64,000 nt of DNA from Verrucomicrobiales bacterium (GTDB lineage: Bacteria; Verrucomicrobiota; Verrucomicrobiia; Verrucomicrobiales; V1-33): assembly GCA_031411295.1 (NCBI GenBank), contig JANOAV010000189.1, positions 1-64,000 of the forward strand. The letters are read 5' to 3'. A model generated the notes under the pieces. It worked only from the letters and a program-made list of their open reading frames with translations, was not told the origin of the DNA and searched no databases. Positions 32,501-42,144 of this stretch are shown here, piece by piece (within the stretch, counting starts at the first letter, position 1; each line of letters starts with the position of its first letter). Both the position numbers and the translations under genes were made by a program.

Positions 32501-34039
32501 CCGCACCATGACATCTACAGCATCGAAGATCTGGCGCAGTTGATCCACGACCTCAAGGAGGTGAATCCCCGGGCGCGCATCTGCGTCAAGCTGGTGGCTG
32601 AAACCGGCGTGGGCACGGTGGCGGCTGGCGTGGCCAAGGCCAATGCGGATATCATTTTAGTCAGTGGCCATGAAGGCGGCACGGGAGCTAGTCCGCTGAG
32701 TTCCATTCGCCATGCGGGCCTGCCATGGGAAATCGGCCTGGCAGAAACGCAGCAAGTCCTAACCATGAATGGATTGCGGAATCGGGTTACGCTGCGCACC
32801 GATGGCGGCATGAGAAACGGGCTGGATATTATTCACGCAGCCATCCTGGGCGCAGAGGAATTTAACTTCGGAACCATCGCGCTCATCGCGTTAGGATGCG
32901 TCTTCGTGCGGCAGTGCCATCTCAATACTTGCCCCGTGGGCGTGGCCACGCAGGACGAACGCCTGCGCGCCAAGTTCAAGGGCAAGCCGGAATACATCAT
33001 CAATTTCTTCAACTCCGTGGCGGACGAAATCCGCCATCACATGGCCGCGTTAGGCGTGCGCACGTTGAACGAACTCATTGGTCGCACCGAGTTTATCAAA
33101 CAACGCGTGGTGCCGAACCATCCGAAGGCGAACAAGCTCGATTTCAAGAAACTCTTGCGCAACATGCCGAAGGAACTCGGAGCCGATGTGCCACGCGTTT
33201 GGAATGGGGAAAAGAATATCGGGGTGCATGAGCGGTCGCTGGATGAACGCATCATTCAGGACTGTAAAGATGCCATCAAGAAATTGGTGCCCATTTCCCT
33301 GAACTACAAAGTTAAGAACACCAATCGCAACATCGGCACGCAGTTGGCAGGGCTCATCGCTTACACTTACGACGACAACGGCCTGCCGCCGGAAACGATC
33401 ATCCTGAACCTCGAAGGCAGCGCTGGACAAAGCTTCGGCACCTTCCTCTGCGGCGGCATCAAACTGATCCTAACAGGTGAAGCCAACGACTACGTGGGCA
33501 AGAGCATGTGCGGCGGAGAAATCGTGATCAAACCGCGAGCCAGCATCAAATACGACGCCAGCAAGAACGTGATTCTGGGCAATACCGTCCTCTACGGAGC
33601 CAGCGGCGGAGCGCTCTACGCCAACGGTCTGGCAGGCGAGCGCTTCTGCGTCCGCAACTCCGGAGCCACCGCGGTGGTCGAAGGCGTGGGCGATCATGGC
33701 TGCGAATATATGACCAACGGCACGGTGGTTATTTTGGGAGAAACCGGCAAGAACTTTGGAGCCGGCATGAGCGGAGGCGTGGCTTACATTTTCAACGAAA
33801 CAGGAAATTTCGCGAAGCTCTACAACAGTGAAATGATCGAGATCGTGGAACTGGACAGCGAGGACGAAGCAACGCTGAAAGGCTTAGTGGAAACCCACGT
33901 AGCCAACACCGGCAGCAAAAAGGCCGCAGGCATGTTAGCGGACTGGAGTGCGGCCCTGGCCACATTTATCCGCGTCCAACCGATCAAACCGAAGCCAGCT
34001 CCTGTGGTGGAACCAGCGTTGGTTGAGGCTGGGAAGTAA
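29501..34039 (+). CDS. gltB: Glutamate synthase large subunit
   Basis: ERDS-CGVGF Ntn start, HQRFSTNT, HNGEIN, KSNSGEGGE, QGAKPGEGGQLPG, CVFVRQCHLNTCP 3Fe-4S motif and GXGXG C-terminal domain. Confidence 0.97.
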   Translation: MNKHYALPLPVSDTLHFPDAERDSCGVGFVAQKDGIRSNKILRYGITSVCNVVHRGAMEADHKTGDGAGLLTQIPHKIFQDDLAAMNAVLADDHDLGVGVFFLPKDDEMGKARAMVTAELILENYGIPVFGWRDVPINDNELGDKARRTRPFISHLLVGRPPEMSHDEFERTLYMVRRQVGIRADKHGIDFYVASFSCRTIVYKALVVATALHKFYVDLQNPDYETAICLYHQRFSTNTFPAWPLAQPFRMLCHNGEINTMRGNRNWLTSRESDFANDVWGDDVKHLSPMVDWDDSDSATLDNALELLVLSGASPEEAMSKLVPPAYRIDPFTTEEQKAYYQYTRCFMEPWDGPAGLAFTDGKTVAACLDRNGLRPSRYKIMEDGIISGGSEVGVIELDDARVIKKGRLGPGEMIALDTTTGTIRFNAEIKTALAQRQPYKQWLQENRVELANVANPLPQAPAGDLDILSQSQQQVTFGYTKEELTMSMGPMAKDGMEATSSMGDDTPLAVLSLQPRVLFTYFKQNFAQVTNPPIDPIRERLVMSLAVSLGYQRNILQETPEHARVIALETPFLWEHELTALREVVGFPSHTIDTTWPANQGAEGLEKALDRICAEAEKCVDAGVQILILSDRHVDHVSVPVPMLLATGAVHHRLGQKRKRMRVSIVVDSGEARDVHQMACLFGFGAQAICPYLGYETIRELVEKNDKSTGGVDILKALKNYRSGLEKGVLKIMSKMGIGVLSSYIGAQIFEAVGIGPEVMAKCFKGSPSQVGGIGFVEIAEESLVRHAAAYAQAVPESPLDLGDPGYYRFRQKGEQHAINPSFIKNFHTFVKDGSPENYAKYVEGYLDKQPLSLHDMFELVPNPRGPVPLDEVEPIEDIRRRFTTAGMSLGAISPEAHEALAIAMNIIGGKSNSGEGGEDPRRFSHERGVPYANSKIKQVASGRFGVTAEYLASAEEIEIKMAQGAKPGEGGQLPGHKVNGIIAKLRRTQPGVTLISPPPHHDIYSIEDLAQLIHDLKEVNPRARICVKLVAETGVGTVAAGVAKANADIILVSGHEGGTGASPLSSIRHAGLPWEIGLAETQQVLTMNGLRNRVTLRTDGGMRNGLDIIHAAILGAEEFNFGTIALIALGCVFVRQCHLNTCPVGVATQDERLRAKFKGKPEYIINFFNSVADEIRHHMAALGVRTLNELIGRTEFIKQRVVPNHPKANKLDFKKLLRNMPKELGADVPRVWNGEKNIGVHERSLDERIIQDCKDAIKKLVPISLNYKVKNTNRNIGTQLAGLIAYTYDDNGLPPETIILNLEGSAGQSFGTFLCGGIKLILTGEANDYVGKSMCGGEIVIKPRASIKYDASKNVILGNTVLYGASGGALYANGLAGERFCVRNSGATAVVEGVGDHGCEYMTNGTVVILGETGKNFGAGMSGGVAYIFNETGNFAKLYNSEMIEIVELDSEDEATLKGLVETHVANTGSKKAAGMLADWSAALATFIRVQPIKPKPAPVVEPALVEAGK

Positions 34040-34137
34040 GGACGCAACTGCGTTGCGGTCGGGGTGCGGTGGTCCCCAAGGCAGTCCCTTCCGGGCAAGC
34101 TTGGGCTGGAGGTCGAAACACCTTTGGCCTTGCAGCT

Positions 34138-34752
34138 TTACTTTCCTCTCCGCCGGATCATTCTCCACCGCAGTGCCACATAACCAAGGGTAATCGCGCC
34201 CCAGATCCAAAGGGGGTATGGGCGTGAACCTTCTCCAGCTTGCGGAATAGGAATCGGAGCGGTGCTGTCTCCGGCTATCATCATTAGTTTTTGGGCAGGG
34301 GCGGCGGCGGCGGGATCGGTCCAGAAGATAACGTCGTGGGGATTTCCTTTGGGAATGTTTAGGGTGACGCTAGGGGCGGTGATGGGTTCGAAGGTGGTGC
34401 CAGTGACGAGTTGATGCGGTGGCGCGGCGGGATCTACTGGCGGCTGGAAAGGGCACGTGGGATCCACCTCAGCACTGGGCTGGAAAGTGAAGCCGGCGGA
34501 CTGACCTATCGCTTGGCTGCCTGCTGGCGTTTGGAGTTGCAGCAGGTTTGCGATGATTTCCCGGGCTTGGGCCGCGTTCTCGATCAATGGATTGTTCGAG
34601 AAATCGGCAGAAATATCTAGCCGCAATTGTCCTGCCGCAGGCGTAGCTTTCACGAGCAGGAAATTCAGCCCGTGACTGTGGGCCTGCGGAAGCAGCACAC
34701 CACCAACCGCCAAGATGAGGATCGGTAAGCGCAACCTTACTTTTTGTTCCAC
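34138..34752 (-). CDS. Exported protein with C-terminal TM anchor and basic tail
   Basis: Signal-like N-terminus ending AHSH; C-terminus LWIWGAITLGYVALRWRMIRRRGK; overlaps the upstream gene. Confidence 0.65.
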   Translation of the reverse strand: MEQKVRLRLPILILAVGGVLLPQAHSHGLNFLLVKATPAAGQLRLDISADFSNNPLIENAAQAREIIANLLQLQTPAGSQAIGQSAGFTFQPSAEVDPTCPFQPPVDPAAPPHQLVTGTTFEPITAPSVTLNIPKGNPHDVIFWTDPAAAAPAQKLMMIAGDSTAPIPIPQAGEGSRPYPLWIWGAITLGYVALRWRMIRRRGK

Positions 34753-35693
34753 CGGAGGACGCGTCCGAAGTTATTCCATTCGGTTTCCATGATGTTGCCC
34801 TTGGCATCGAAGGTGATGCCGTGCGGGGAAGTGACCACGCCTTCACGCCAGTCTGGTGGCTTCACGCCGGGGGTGTTGGTCTGGCCGGGGGTATCATTTA
34901 CGCCGAGGCTGGCGACTTGCTTGCCTGCTTTATCCCAGACGCTAACACGACCTGCGATTTCTGCCACGCAGACTAGATCGCCATTGAAACTAGCCGAACT
35001 CGGACGACGCAGATCCTTATCCACGATCACGCCCAAGATATCGCCATCCAACGAAAGATGCAGCATGCGGTTGTTGCCACGATCACACAGGAGCAGGCGC
35101 TGAGGCTGGAAGCGTGGGTCGACGAAAATCTTATGACAGTTGGAAAGCTTGTAGGGATCCACGCGGCCACCGAAGGTTTTCTTGAGTTTGCCCGCCTTGT
35201 CGAATTGGAAAATCCAGTCCGCTCCGTAGCCATCGACGATGTAAATGTCGCCCGTGTCGGCCACGGCTACATTAGTCAGCTTGAGCTTGTCCTTCTTATC
35301 ATCGCCAAAAGCGTCCTTTTCGATGGTCATGACCACCGTGCCATCCAGCTTCATTTTCAGCAACTTAGCCTGGCTGAGCACGGTGGCGTAAATGAATTCA
35401 CCTTCGGCATCCTTATGAATTGTGAAGCCATGAAGCGTGCCCGGAGTGCCGGCCACGTAGTTCTTGAACTTACCATCCGGTCCATAGACTTGGAGGCCGC
35501 CTTCTTTCTTGCCGTCAACACTCACATAAATATTACCCGCGGAGTCCACGGCAATTTCTCCGTGGCCACTGCCAATGGTTTCGGTTCCCGGAGGAGGTGT
35601 TAGCCAGTTCGGGGCGAAGTCATAAGCGACCTGAGCCGAAGCAGACAGGGTGGTGAGGGCAGCGGTTAAGAGAGCAAAGAAAGGTTTAGTCAT
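34737..35693 (-). CDS. Secreted NHL-repeat six-bladed beta-propeller protein
   Basis: Repeats IAVDSAGNIYV, VAVADTGDIYIVDGYG and PHGITFDAKGNI; signal peptide. Confidence 0.85.
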   Translation of the reverse strand: MTKPFFALLTAALTTLSASAQVAYDFAPNWLTPPPGTETIGSGHGEIAVDSAGNIYVSVDGKKEGGLQVYGPDGKFKNYVAGTPGTLHGFTIHKDAEGEFIYATVLSQAKLLKMKLDGTVVMTIEKDAFGDDKKDKLKLTNVAVADTGDIYIVDGYGADWIFQFDKAGKLKKTFGGRVDPYKLSNCHKIFVDPRFQPQRLLLCDRGNNRMLHLSLDGDILGVIVDKDLRRPSSASFNGDLVCVAEIAGRVSVWDKAGKQVASLGVNDTPGQTNTPGVKPPDWREGVVTSPHGITFDAKGNIMETEWNNFGRVLRWNKK

Positions 35694-35855
35694 AAGGTCG
35701 CATTTAGTGGTTCATGCCCATCTTGCAAAGCAGAAAATTTCTCGGAAACGCGGGTAGATATGGAAGCACCGGGCACTACAACGCGGAAAATTCCTCAAGT
35801 TGCGTTTCCGCTGCCCGGGGCGATAGTGTAACTTGTCCGCTGCTTCCTCGACCCT

Positions 35856-36941
35856 ATGAAATCGGATCCCTCTTCACCCGACCAACCACTATCAGCCTCC
35901 CGCGCCAAGCGAGGGGTGGCGAGTGGATTGCTGTTACTGGCAGCTTCCGGCGGGCTGTTTTATTCCGTGATGAACACGGCTGTGCCCGAGACTAGTCCGG
36001 TTCCAGCCGACACTTCCGTGGCGGAGAGAGCGGCCCTGGAAGCCCAATTGGCCAACTTCTTTGACGTGGAGGCTCGGCCGCTCCTCGCGAAAACGCGCGG
36101 CAAAGATTTGGCCGCCATTGCCCAGGTTCTGAACAGTCTGGATGCTGCGTTTGTGCGATATGCGGAGGGAGCACCTAATTTTGCCAAAGATCTCACGGGC
36201 TGGGGCACGCGATTCAAAATCATGTATCGCAAAGGCGTCGAAACCGTTCAGCGCAAGGACGAGCACACGTGGACCCAACAATTAGTGCAGGAGAAATTCG
36301 CCACCCACGTGATGTCGGATACGAGCTTGGAGCAGGATTTACTGGCGATCATGAAGCAGTTCAATTTCGATCTGGAAGCGAATCGCAATGAAATGCTAGC
36401 CGGAGTGCAGGCGAAACTGGTGGCCTCCAATCTCCCGGTGAGCACGAAACAGTTGGCGTTAAAAGATTTCCAAACCCAGTTCAGCTTGAACGTGAAGGCA
36501 CTGCTAGCACAAATGCCCCAGCAAAGCGTCGGGGTAGGTGTGGGCAGCATCACAGCCGGGATTGTGGCCGAGGAAGCGGTGCGACAGATCGTGCGCACCA
36601 TCATTGCCGAAGTAGCCGCCCGTATCGCAGCATCGGCTGCGGCCGCCGGAGGAGCGGCCGGCGGAGCCGCCACGGCCGGAGCCACGGGAGGCACCGCGAT
36701 TGCTCCCGGCGTGGGCACAGTGATTGGATTAGCCGGAGGATTTATCGTGGGAGCGCTGGTGGATTGGTGGATGACCGACGAGTTTGAAGAGAAAATCACC
36801 CAGCAATGCCACGGATTTTTGGATACCACCAAACAGAGCCTGTTGGATGGCGACGGTGGACTAAAAAAAGTCCTCTCGCTGCAAGTCGAACAAGCCGCCA
36901 CCGCCTACGAACAAGCCCTGCAAGCCGCCGTTAAACCGTGA
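35856..36941 (+). CDS. Membrane-anchored helical protein with glycine-zipper region
   Basis: N-terminal TM; AAAAGGAAGGAATAGATGGTAIAPGVGTVIGLAGGFIVGALVDWW. Confidence 0.75.
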   Translation: MKSDPSSPDQPLSASRAKRGVASGLLLLAASGGLFYSVMNTAVPETSPVPADTSVAERAALEAQLANFFDVEARPLLAKTRGKDLAAIAQVLNSLDAAFVRYAEGAPNFAKDLTGWGTRFKIMYRKGVETVQRKDEHTWTQQLVQEKFATHVMSDTSLEQDLLAIMKQFNFDLEANRNEMLAGVQAKLVASNLPVSTKQLALKDFQTQFSLNVKALLAQMPQQSVGVGVGSITAGIVAEEAVRQIVRTIIAEVAARIAASAAAAGGAAGGAATAGATGGTAIAPGVGTVIGLAGGFIVGALVDWWMTDEFEEKITQQCHGFLDTTKQSLLDGDGGLKKVLSLQVEQAATAYEQALQAAVKP

Positions 36942-37813
36942 AAACAACCATCAACAAACTCTGTGCCATGAACCATAAGCCCTTGATCCTGTCTTGTTTA
37001 CTCTTTGTTGTGCTCCAGCCTGCATCCAGCCAGGCTCAGGTGGGCACCGCAGCCCGTGCCGCCGTGGAAGTCGTGGAGCAACTAGCCAAACGCGGTGGGG
37101 CCACCGCAACCCGGGAACTAGCAGAACTGGGAGGCGAAGTGGCGGTGCGTGAAGTGCTCGAACAAGCCGAGCGTGAGGGCGGAGAACAACTCGTCAAAGC
37201 ACTTTCGGAGCAGGCCGGTAAATATGGCATCATCGCTGTGCAAGCGGCCAAAGGATCGCCCAAAGTCGTCGTCGAAGCCGTGGCGAAGCTGCCGCAGGAA
37301 CTAGCAGAGCAAGGCTTGCGCGCCATCTCCCACGAGCCCGCAGCCATGCAGAAATTGATTTCGGAAACCGGTCAGGAAGCGCTGGAAGCCGCCGCCCGAC
37401 ATCCCGGGGTGGGCTCACAGATTGCCAAGACGCTGGGCAAAGAAGGCGCTGAAACTGCGGCCAAGTTAGGGGATGATGCCGCCTTGGCACTGGCACGCAA
37501 TGCCGATGCCATTGCCGCCCTCCCGGTGGCGGAGCGCTCCAGCCTGCTGGCCGCCATGCGCAATGGCTCTGCCAAGGTCGTGGCGTTTCTCGAGAAACAC
37601 CCGAAAGCGCTGCTAACCGCAGCGGCGGTAACGGCCTTCATTGCCGGCAAGGAGGAAATTCTCGGCATCAATGGCCAACCGGGCACTTTGGAGCGTTTGA
37701 TCAAGGAACCGGTTCGCCTGACGGGCATGGTGGTGGCGGCTTTAGTTGGATTGTGGGGTCTGCTCAAGCTGAGTTTTGCCTATCGTTCCCTGCGGAAAAA
37801 ATCCTCCATCTAA
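36938..37813 (+). CDS. Ala-rich helical-repeat exported/membrane protein
   Basis: GTGA overlap with the previous gene (alternative ATG at 36968); signal peptide; C-terminal hydrophobic helices. Confidence 0.7.
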   Translation: MKTTINKLCAMNHKPLILSCLLFVVLQPASSQAQVGTAARAAVEVVEQLAKRGGATATRELAELGGEVAVREVLEQAEREGGEQLVKALSEQAGKYGIIAVQAAKGSPKVVVEAVAKLPQELAEQGLRAISHEPAAMQKLISETGQEALEAAARHPGVGSQIAKTLGKEGAETAAKLGDDAALALARNADAIAALPVAERSSLLAAMRNGSAKVVAFLEKHPKALLTAAAVTAFIAGKEEILGINGQPGTLERLIKEPVRLTGMVVAALVGLWGLLKLSFAYRSLRKKSSI

Positions 37814-37815
37814 CC

Positions 37816-38583
37816 ATGAAGTTACGACTCTGGGCGGCACTCTTAGGCTGGGGCACCACCAGCCTCCACGCAGATCCTCCAGAAGGCCCAAAGTGGACGC
37901 CGATTCCTGAATTCACCGATGAATTCGATGCCAAAGAGTTAGATTTAAAAAAATGGCAACGGGGCAATCCCACTTGGAGGGGCCGTGAACCAGGATTGTT
38001 CATGGATCACAATGTCACCCTTCAAAACGGCAAGTTGCTGCTAAAAATGCAGGCCGAAACATTGGTGAACCCACCTCCAGGCTACCACGATTTCTCCTGC
38101 GCCAGTGTAACCAGTCGCAACCGCATCCGCTACGGTTATTTTGAAATGAAGGCCAAGATCATGGCCAGCAAAGGAGCCAGCGCGTTTTGGTTCTTCAACA
38201 ACACGCCCGAATTATGGACCGAAATCGACGTCTTTGAGATGTGTGCTGGCGGCTCCAAGGAATCTGGCAAGATCCACACGAACGTTCACGTCATGCATGG
38301 TCCAGGGATATCGCAAGAGCTTGCCCTGCCCGAATCATTCCTCATGCCGGACGATCCATCACAAAATTTTCACGTCTATGGCTTGGAATGGGATCTGTCC
38401 TTCATCCGCTGGTATGTGGACGGAAAGTTGGTGCGTAAGCAGGAGAACACCCACTGGCGACAAACCCTGTATTTGCTCTTCGACACAGAGGTCATGGATC
38501 CGTGGTTTGGCATACCTGACAAGGCCACACTCCCCAGCGTTTACGAAATCGATTACATCCGGGCCTGGCAGAAGCGTGGTTAG
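37816..38583 (+). CDS. Glycoside hydrolase family 16 protein
   Basis: FTDEFD, YGYFE, SAFW, catalytic EIDVFE, FHVYGLEW and IDYIRAW motifs; signal peptide. Confidence 0.9.
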   Translation: MKLRLWAALLGWGTTSLHADPPEGPKWTPIPEFTDEFDAKELDLKKWQRGNPTWRGREPGLFMDHNVTLQNGKLLLKMQAETLVNPPPGYHDFSCASVTSRNRIRYGYFEMKAKIMASKGASAFWFFNNTPELWTEIDVFEMCAGGSKESGKIHTNVHVMHGPGISQELALPESFLMPDDPSQNFHVYGLEWDLSFIRWYVDGKLVRKQENTHWRQTLYLLFDTEVMDPWFGIPDKATLPSVYEIDYIRAWQKRG

Positions 38584-38917
38584 ATGGGTCTCTCTATTCC
38601 CCCCCGTAAATGGTGCGCCACGGACCAGACACTCGAAGCTGATAAAAAAGGCCTCCCAGATAGCGTCCAGTTGCAACAACCGTCCACGCTTGCACCTCGT
38701 CAGGGAACGACCAATTTATAAAAGCCGGGATTTTGCTCTCGGCCACCATGCGAAGCGGTATATTTTCACAAGGCAACTCGTTTAGTCGCGATACGTTTAT
38801 GGTCGACGATTGAATTGAAAGCTGTTTTTCAAACACTGCTTAGCAGGTCCACTACTTCGTATGTGTCCGCAATCTCGCCTCTGTTCGCTACCGTATGATC
38901 CGGTTCCTTTGTTGGGG

Positions 38918-41650
38918 CTATGCGGCCTTCGGATCTAGTTTGCTCGGCAGCCTAAAGGCCTTGCTGTATTTGATGACTTCCAAAACGACCAGTGGAAGCG
39001 TTGAGACAGCGGTAAGCATGATGCAGTCACTGAAGTCCATGGTGGCACCTCGGAACAAGTTGGCGAGGAAGGCGCTGTGATGGCCTGTGATTTGGATAAT
39101 GAACGAAAAGGCGACCACGAGGAGCAAACGCATGTTGGTGGCGAATCCCATTTGCCAGACAGATTTGGTTTCGCTGCGCACCCCGAACGACCTGAGGAGT
39201 TCTGCGAAAACGAGGGTGGCGAAGGCGTGGGTGCGGGCCAGTTCGACGGTTTCGGTTCGCAAACCATAAATAAATACCGCGAAGGAGACCCCAGCGGTGA
39301 GCACACCGGTGAGGAACATCACGCCGAGGAAGGAGCCGGACGTAATGCGTTCATTGCGGGGGCGCGGGGCGCGCTTCATGACGTCAGGGTCGATGGGATC
39401 GACGGCTAGGCAGAGGGCCGGGAGTCCATCGGTGACTAGGTTGATCCAAAGTAAATGGATGGGCAACAGGGCCATGGGCAGGCCGAAAAGGATGCAGGCC
39501 ATCATGAGTAGGAGTTCGCCGACGTTGCCCGCGAGCAGGTATTGCAGGGTCTTGCGGATGTTGTCGTAAATGCCGCGCCCTTCTTCGACAGCGGCTACGA
39601 TGGTGGCAAAATTGTCGTCGGTGATGATCATGTCCGAGGCTTGCTTCGTCACTTCCGTGCCGCCGCGCCCCATGGCGATGCCGATGTCGGCCCCTTTGAT
39701 GGCGGGCGCGTCGTTCACACCATCGCCAGTCATAGCAACGACTGCATCATTGGCTTTCCAGGCGCGGATGATGCGCAGTTTGTGCGCGGCAGTCACGCGA
39801 GCATAGACCGCAATTTTGGGGGCGCGCTGCTTGAGGTCATCGTCGCTCATTTTTTCTAACTCGGTGCCGGAGACTGCGAGATCGTCGCCAGTCGCGATGC
39901 CGAGTTCATGGGCGATGGCCATTGCCGTTTGCGGATGATCGCCCGTGATCATGACCACGCGAATGCCCGCATCACGGCAGCGGGACACGGCATCCTTCAC
40001 TTCAGGACGGGGCGGATCGACCATGCCGGTGAGACCGACAAAGGTGAGGTCGAGTTCGACTTGATCAGCAGTCAGGGATTCGGGCGGCGTGGGTTGAAGG
40101 TCGCGATAGGCAGCTCCGAGCACGCGCATCGCTTTGCCTGCGAGCGCGGTATTCTCGGCGCTGATGGCGGTGCGGTCGGCATCGGTGATCGGACGCACAC
40201 CGTCGCTACCGAGCACGTGAGTGCAGAGCGCGAGTAGTTTATCGGGCGCGCCGTTGACGAAGGCACGCAGACGTTTGTCCGGCATTAGGCGGACGACCGT
40301 GTGACGCTTACGGTCCGAGTCGAAGGGGATTTCGTGATGACGTGGTTGGTCCTTGTCCGCTCGCTCCTTGTCGCCACCGGCCTTGCCGCCTGCGGAAAGC
40401 AGCGCGCCTTCCGTGGGATCACCGATGACTTTCCACTGATCCCCTTCTTGTTGCAGATGCGAGTTGTTACAGCCGACGAGGACATTGCCCAACTCAAGCA
40501 GCGACGCCGCGTGAGCAGCATCTGGCGTTTGTCCGTTCATCAAGACCTGACCTTCGGGACCGTAGCCTTCACCGGTAATTTCAAACGACTGGCCTGCGAC
40601 ATAGAACGCCCGGGCAGTCATCTCGCCAACGGTGAGCGTGCCGGTCTTGTCGGTGCAGATGACGCTTGTAGAACCCAGTGTCTCCACTGCTGGCAACTTG
40701 CGCACCAGCGCGCGTCGATGCGACATGCGGCGCACGCCGAGTGCGAGCGAGATGGTCACGATGGCGGGCAAGCCCTCGGGGACCGCAGCCACAGCGAGAC
40801 TCACGGAGGTGAGAAACAGCTCGAAGAACTGCATGCCTCGCAGCAAACCCAGCACAAACAGCAGTCCAACGATGCTGAGCGAAATCCACACCAACAGCCG
40901 ACCGAACGCTGCTAGCTTGTGCTGTAACGGTGTGCCCTCACCTGCTTCCTCCAGCGTGGCTTCGCCTAGCAGGCCAGCGATGCGGCCCATCTCCGTTTGC
41001 ATCCCGGTGCCGACGACGACTGCCTTGGCCGCGCCTGACGCTACGCTCGTGCCGGCGAAGATCATGTTCTCGCGATCACCTAGCGGAACATCGGCTTGCT
41101 CAAGCGTAACCACCTTTTTTTCCACAGCCTCCGACTCGCCAGTGAGAGACGACTCAATGCAACGCAACGAGGAGGATTCGAGTAATCGCGCATCGGCAGC
41201 AGCGAGATCACCGTCTTCGATTTCGAGCACGTCCCCCGTCACCACTTCAGCGGCAGGAATCGAAACGACCTGGCCATCGCGCCAGACCTTCGCACTCGGA
41301 GCTGTCATCTTCTTCAGCGCAGCAATGGCTTTCTCGGCATTGAACTCCTGATAAAAGCCGATCGCCGAGTTCAACACCACGATGGCAAGGATGGCAATGC
41401 TATCCAACCATTCACCCAGCAACCCAGCGATGATGCCCGCGACGATCAAGATCCAAACAATGAGACTGCTGAACTGTCCGAGGAACAATCGCCACGGATT
41501 GATGGCTTTGGTTTCCTTCAGCTCATTTGGGCCGTTCGCAGCTAGGCGCTGCGCCGCCTCAGCAGCGGACAAGCCTTTGATGGATGTCTTGAGTTGCTCA
41601 AGCACGCTCTGTGGCGATTGCGTGTGCCATGTTGTGGAGGGTGTGTTCAT
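38918..41650 (-). CDS. Cation-translocating P-type ATPase (P2A, Ca2+-type)
   Basis: TGES, PEGL, DKTGT, GDPTE, TGDH, TGDGVND and LWINLVTDG motifs. Confidence 0.93.
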   Translation of the reverse strand: MNTPSTTWHTQSPQSVLEQLKTSIKGLSAAEAAQRLAANGPNELKETKAINPWRLFLGQFSSLIVWILIVAGIIAGLLGEWLDSIAILAIVVLNSAIGFYQEFNAEKAIAALKKMTAPSAKVWRDGQVVSIPAAEVVTGDVLEIEDGDLAAADARLLESSSLRCIESSLTGESEAVEKKVVTLEQADVPLGDRENMIFAGTSVASGAAKAVVVGTGMQTEMGRIAGLLGEATLEEAGEGTPLQHKLAAFGRLLVWISLSIVGLLFVLGLLRGMQFFELFLTSVSLAVAAVPEGLPAIVTISLALGVRRMSHRRALVRKLPAVETLGSTSVICTDKTGTLTVGEMTARAFYVAGQSFEITGEGYGPEGQVLMNGQTPDAAHAASLLELGNVLVGCNNSHLQQEGDQWKVIGDPTEGALLSAGGKAGGDKERADKDQPRHHEIPFDSDRKRHTVVRLMPDKRLRAFVNGAPDKLLALCTHVLGSDGVRPITDADRTAISAENTALAGKAMRVLGAAYRDLQPTPPESLTADQVELDLTFVGLTGMVDPPRPEVKDAVSRCRDAGIRVVMITGDHPQTAMAIAHELGIATGDDLAVSGTELEKMSDDDLKQRAPKIAVYARVTAAHKLRIIRAWKANDAVVAMTGDGVNDAPAIKGADIGIAMGRGGTEVTKQASDMIITDDNFATIVAAVEEGRGIYDNIRKTLQYLLAGNVGELLLMMACILFGLPMALLPIHLLWINLVTDGLPALCLAVDPIDPDVMKRAPRPRNERITSGSFLGVMFLTGVLTAGVSFAVFIYGLRTETVELARTHAFATLVFAELLRSFGVRSETKSVWQMGFATNMRLLLVVAFSFIIQITGHHSAFLANLFRGATMDFSDCIMLTAVSTLPLVVLEVIKYSKAFRLPSKLDPKAA

Positions 41651-42144
41651 AATGGAAGGTGTGCTGGCAAGTCCAACCGCGCAACGCCGATGCGTTTGTC
41701 GGCCATGCCGTAATAAACATCGAAGCGGCCTGGCAAACCTAGCATGGCGAGTGCGATACGTGGTCCCCGAGATGAAAGCGCGGTGTAAGTCGTCACATAC
41801 CGATCCAGCGGAGCAATGAATGTGATGCGCGGGTCTTCGCTACCGCCACCATCGGGCCGCAGTTCGTAATCAGCCTGTGGCTCCAACGCAATACCGAGTC
41901 GCTCTACACCCACCGGATCACCGACCTCGTTCACGCGCACACGCGCGATGCCAATGCGCGAGTAGTTTCCTTGCGCTACCAATCGCGGAAAGAGATAAAG
42001 CTGTCCGTCGCGACCGCGTGCCGATGCCGGGTTCAACACGCCTTCCACCTCCAATGGATTCCCTAGCTCCGGCTCCATCACCACGCCAATGCGCTGCAAC
42101 CGAATCGGGTGACTCGCGATGTCTTGCTCAGCCTGTGGGCTCAT
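41647..42144 (-). pseudogene. GH130-like glycosidase with an apparent large in-frame internal deletion
   Basis: N-terminal GVLNP...EDPRIT...YTA...RIALA is fused directly to C-terminal DVYYGMADKRIGVA; 165 aa is too short for a five-bladed propeller. Confidence 0.7.

Noticed and set aside
38594..38900. Gene or att site at the edge of the copper cluster
   Set aside because: The ORFs are short and featureless, and I found no direct repeat matching the 59650-59840 end and no tRNA.
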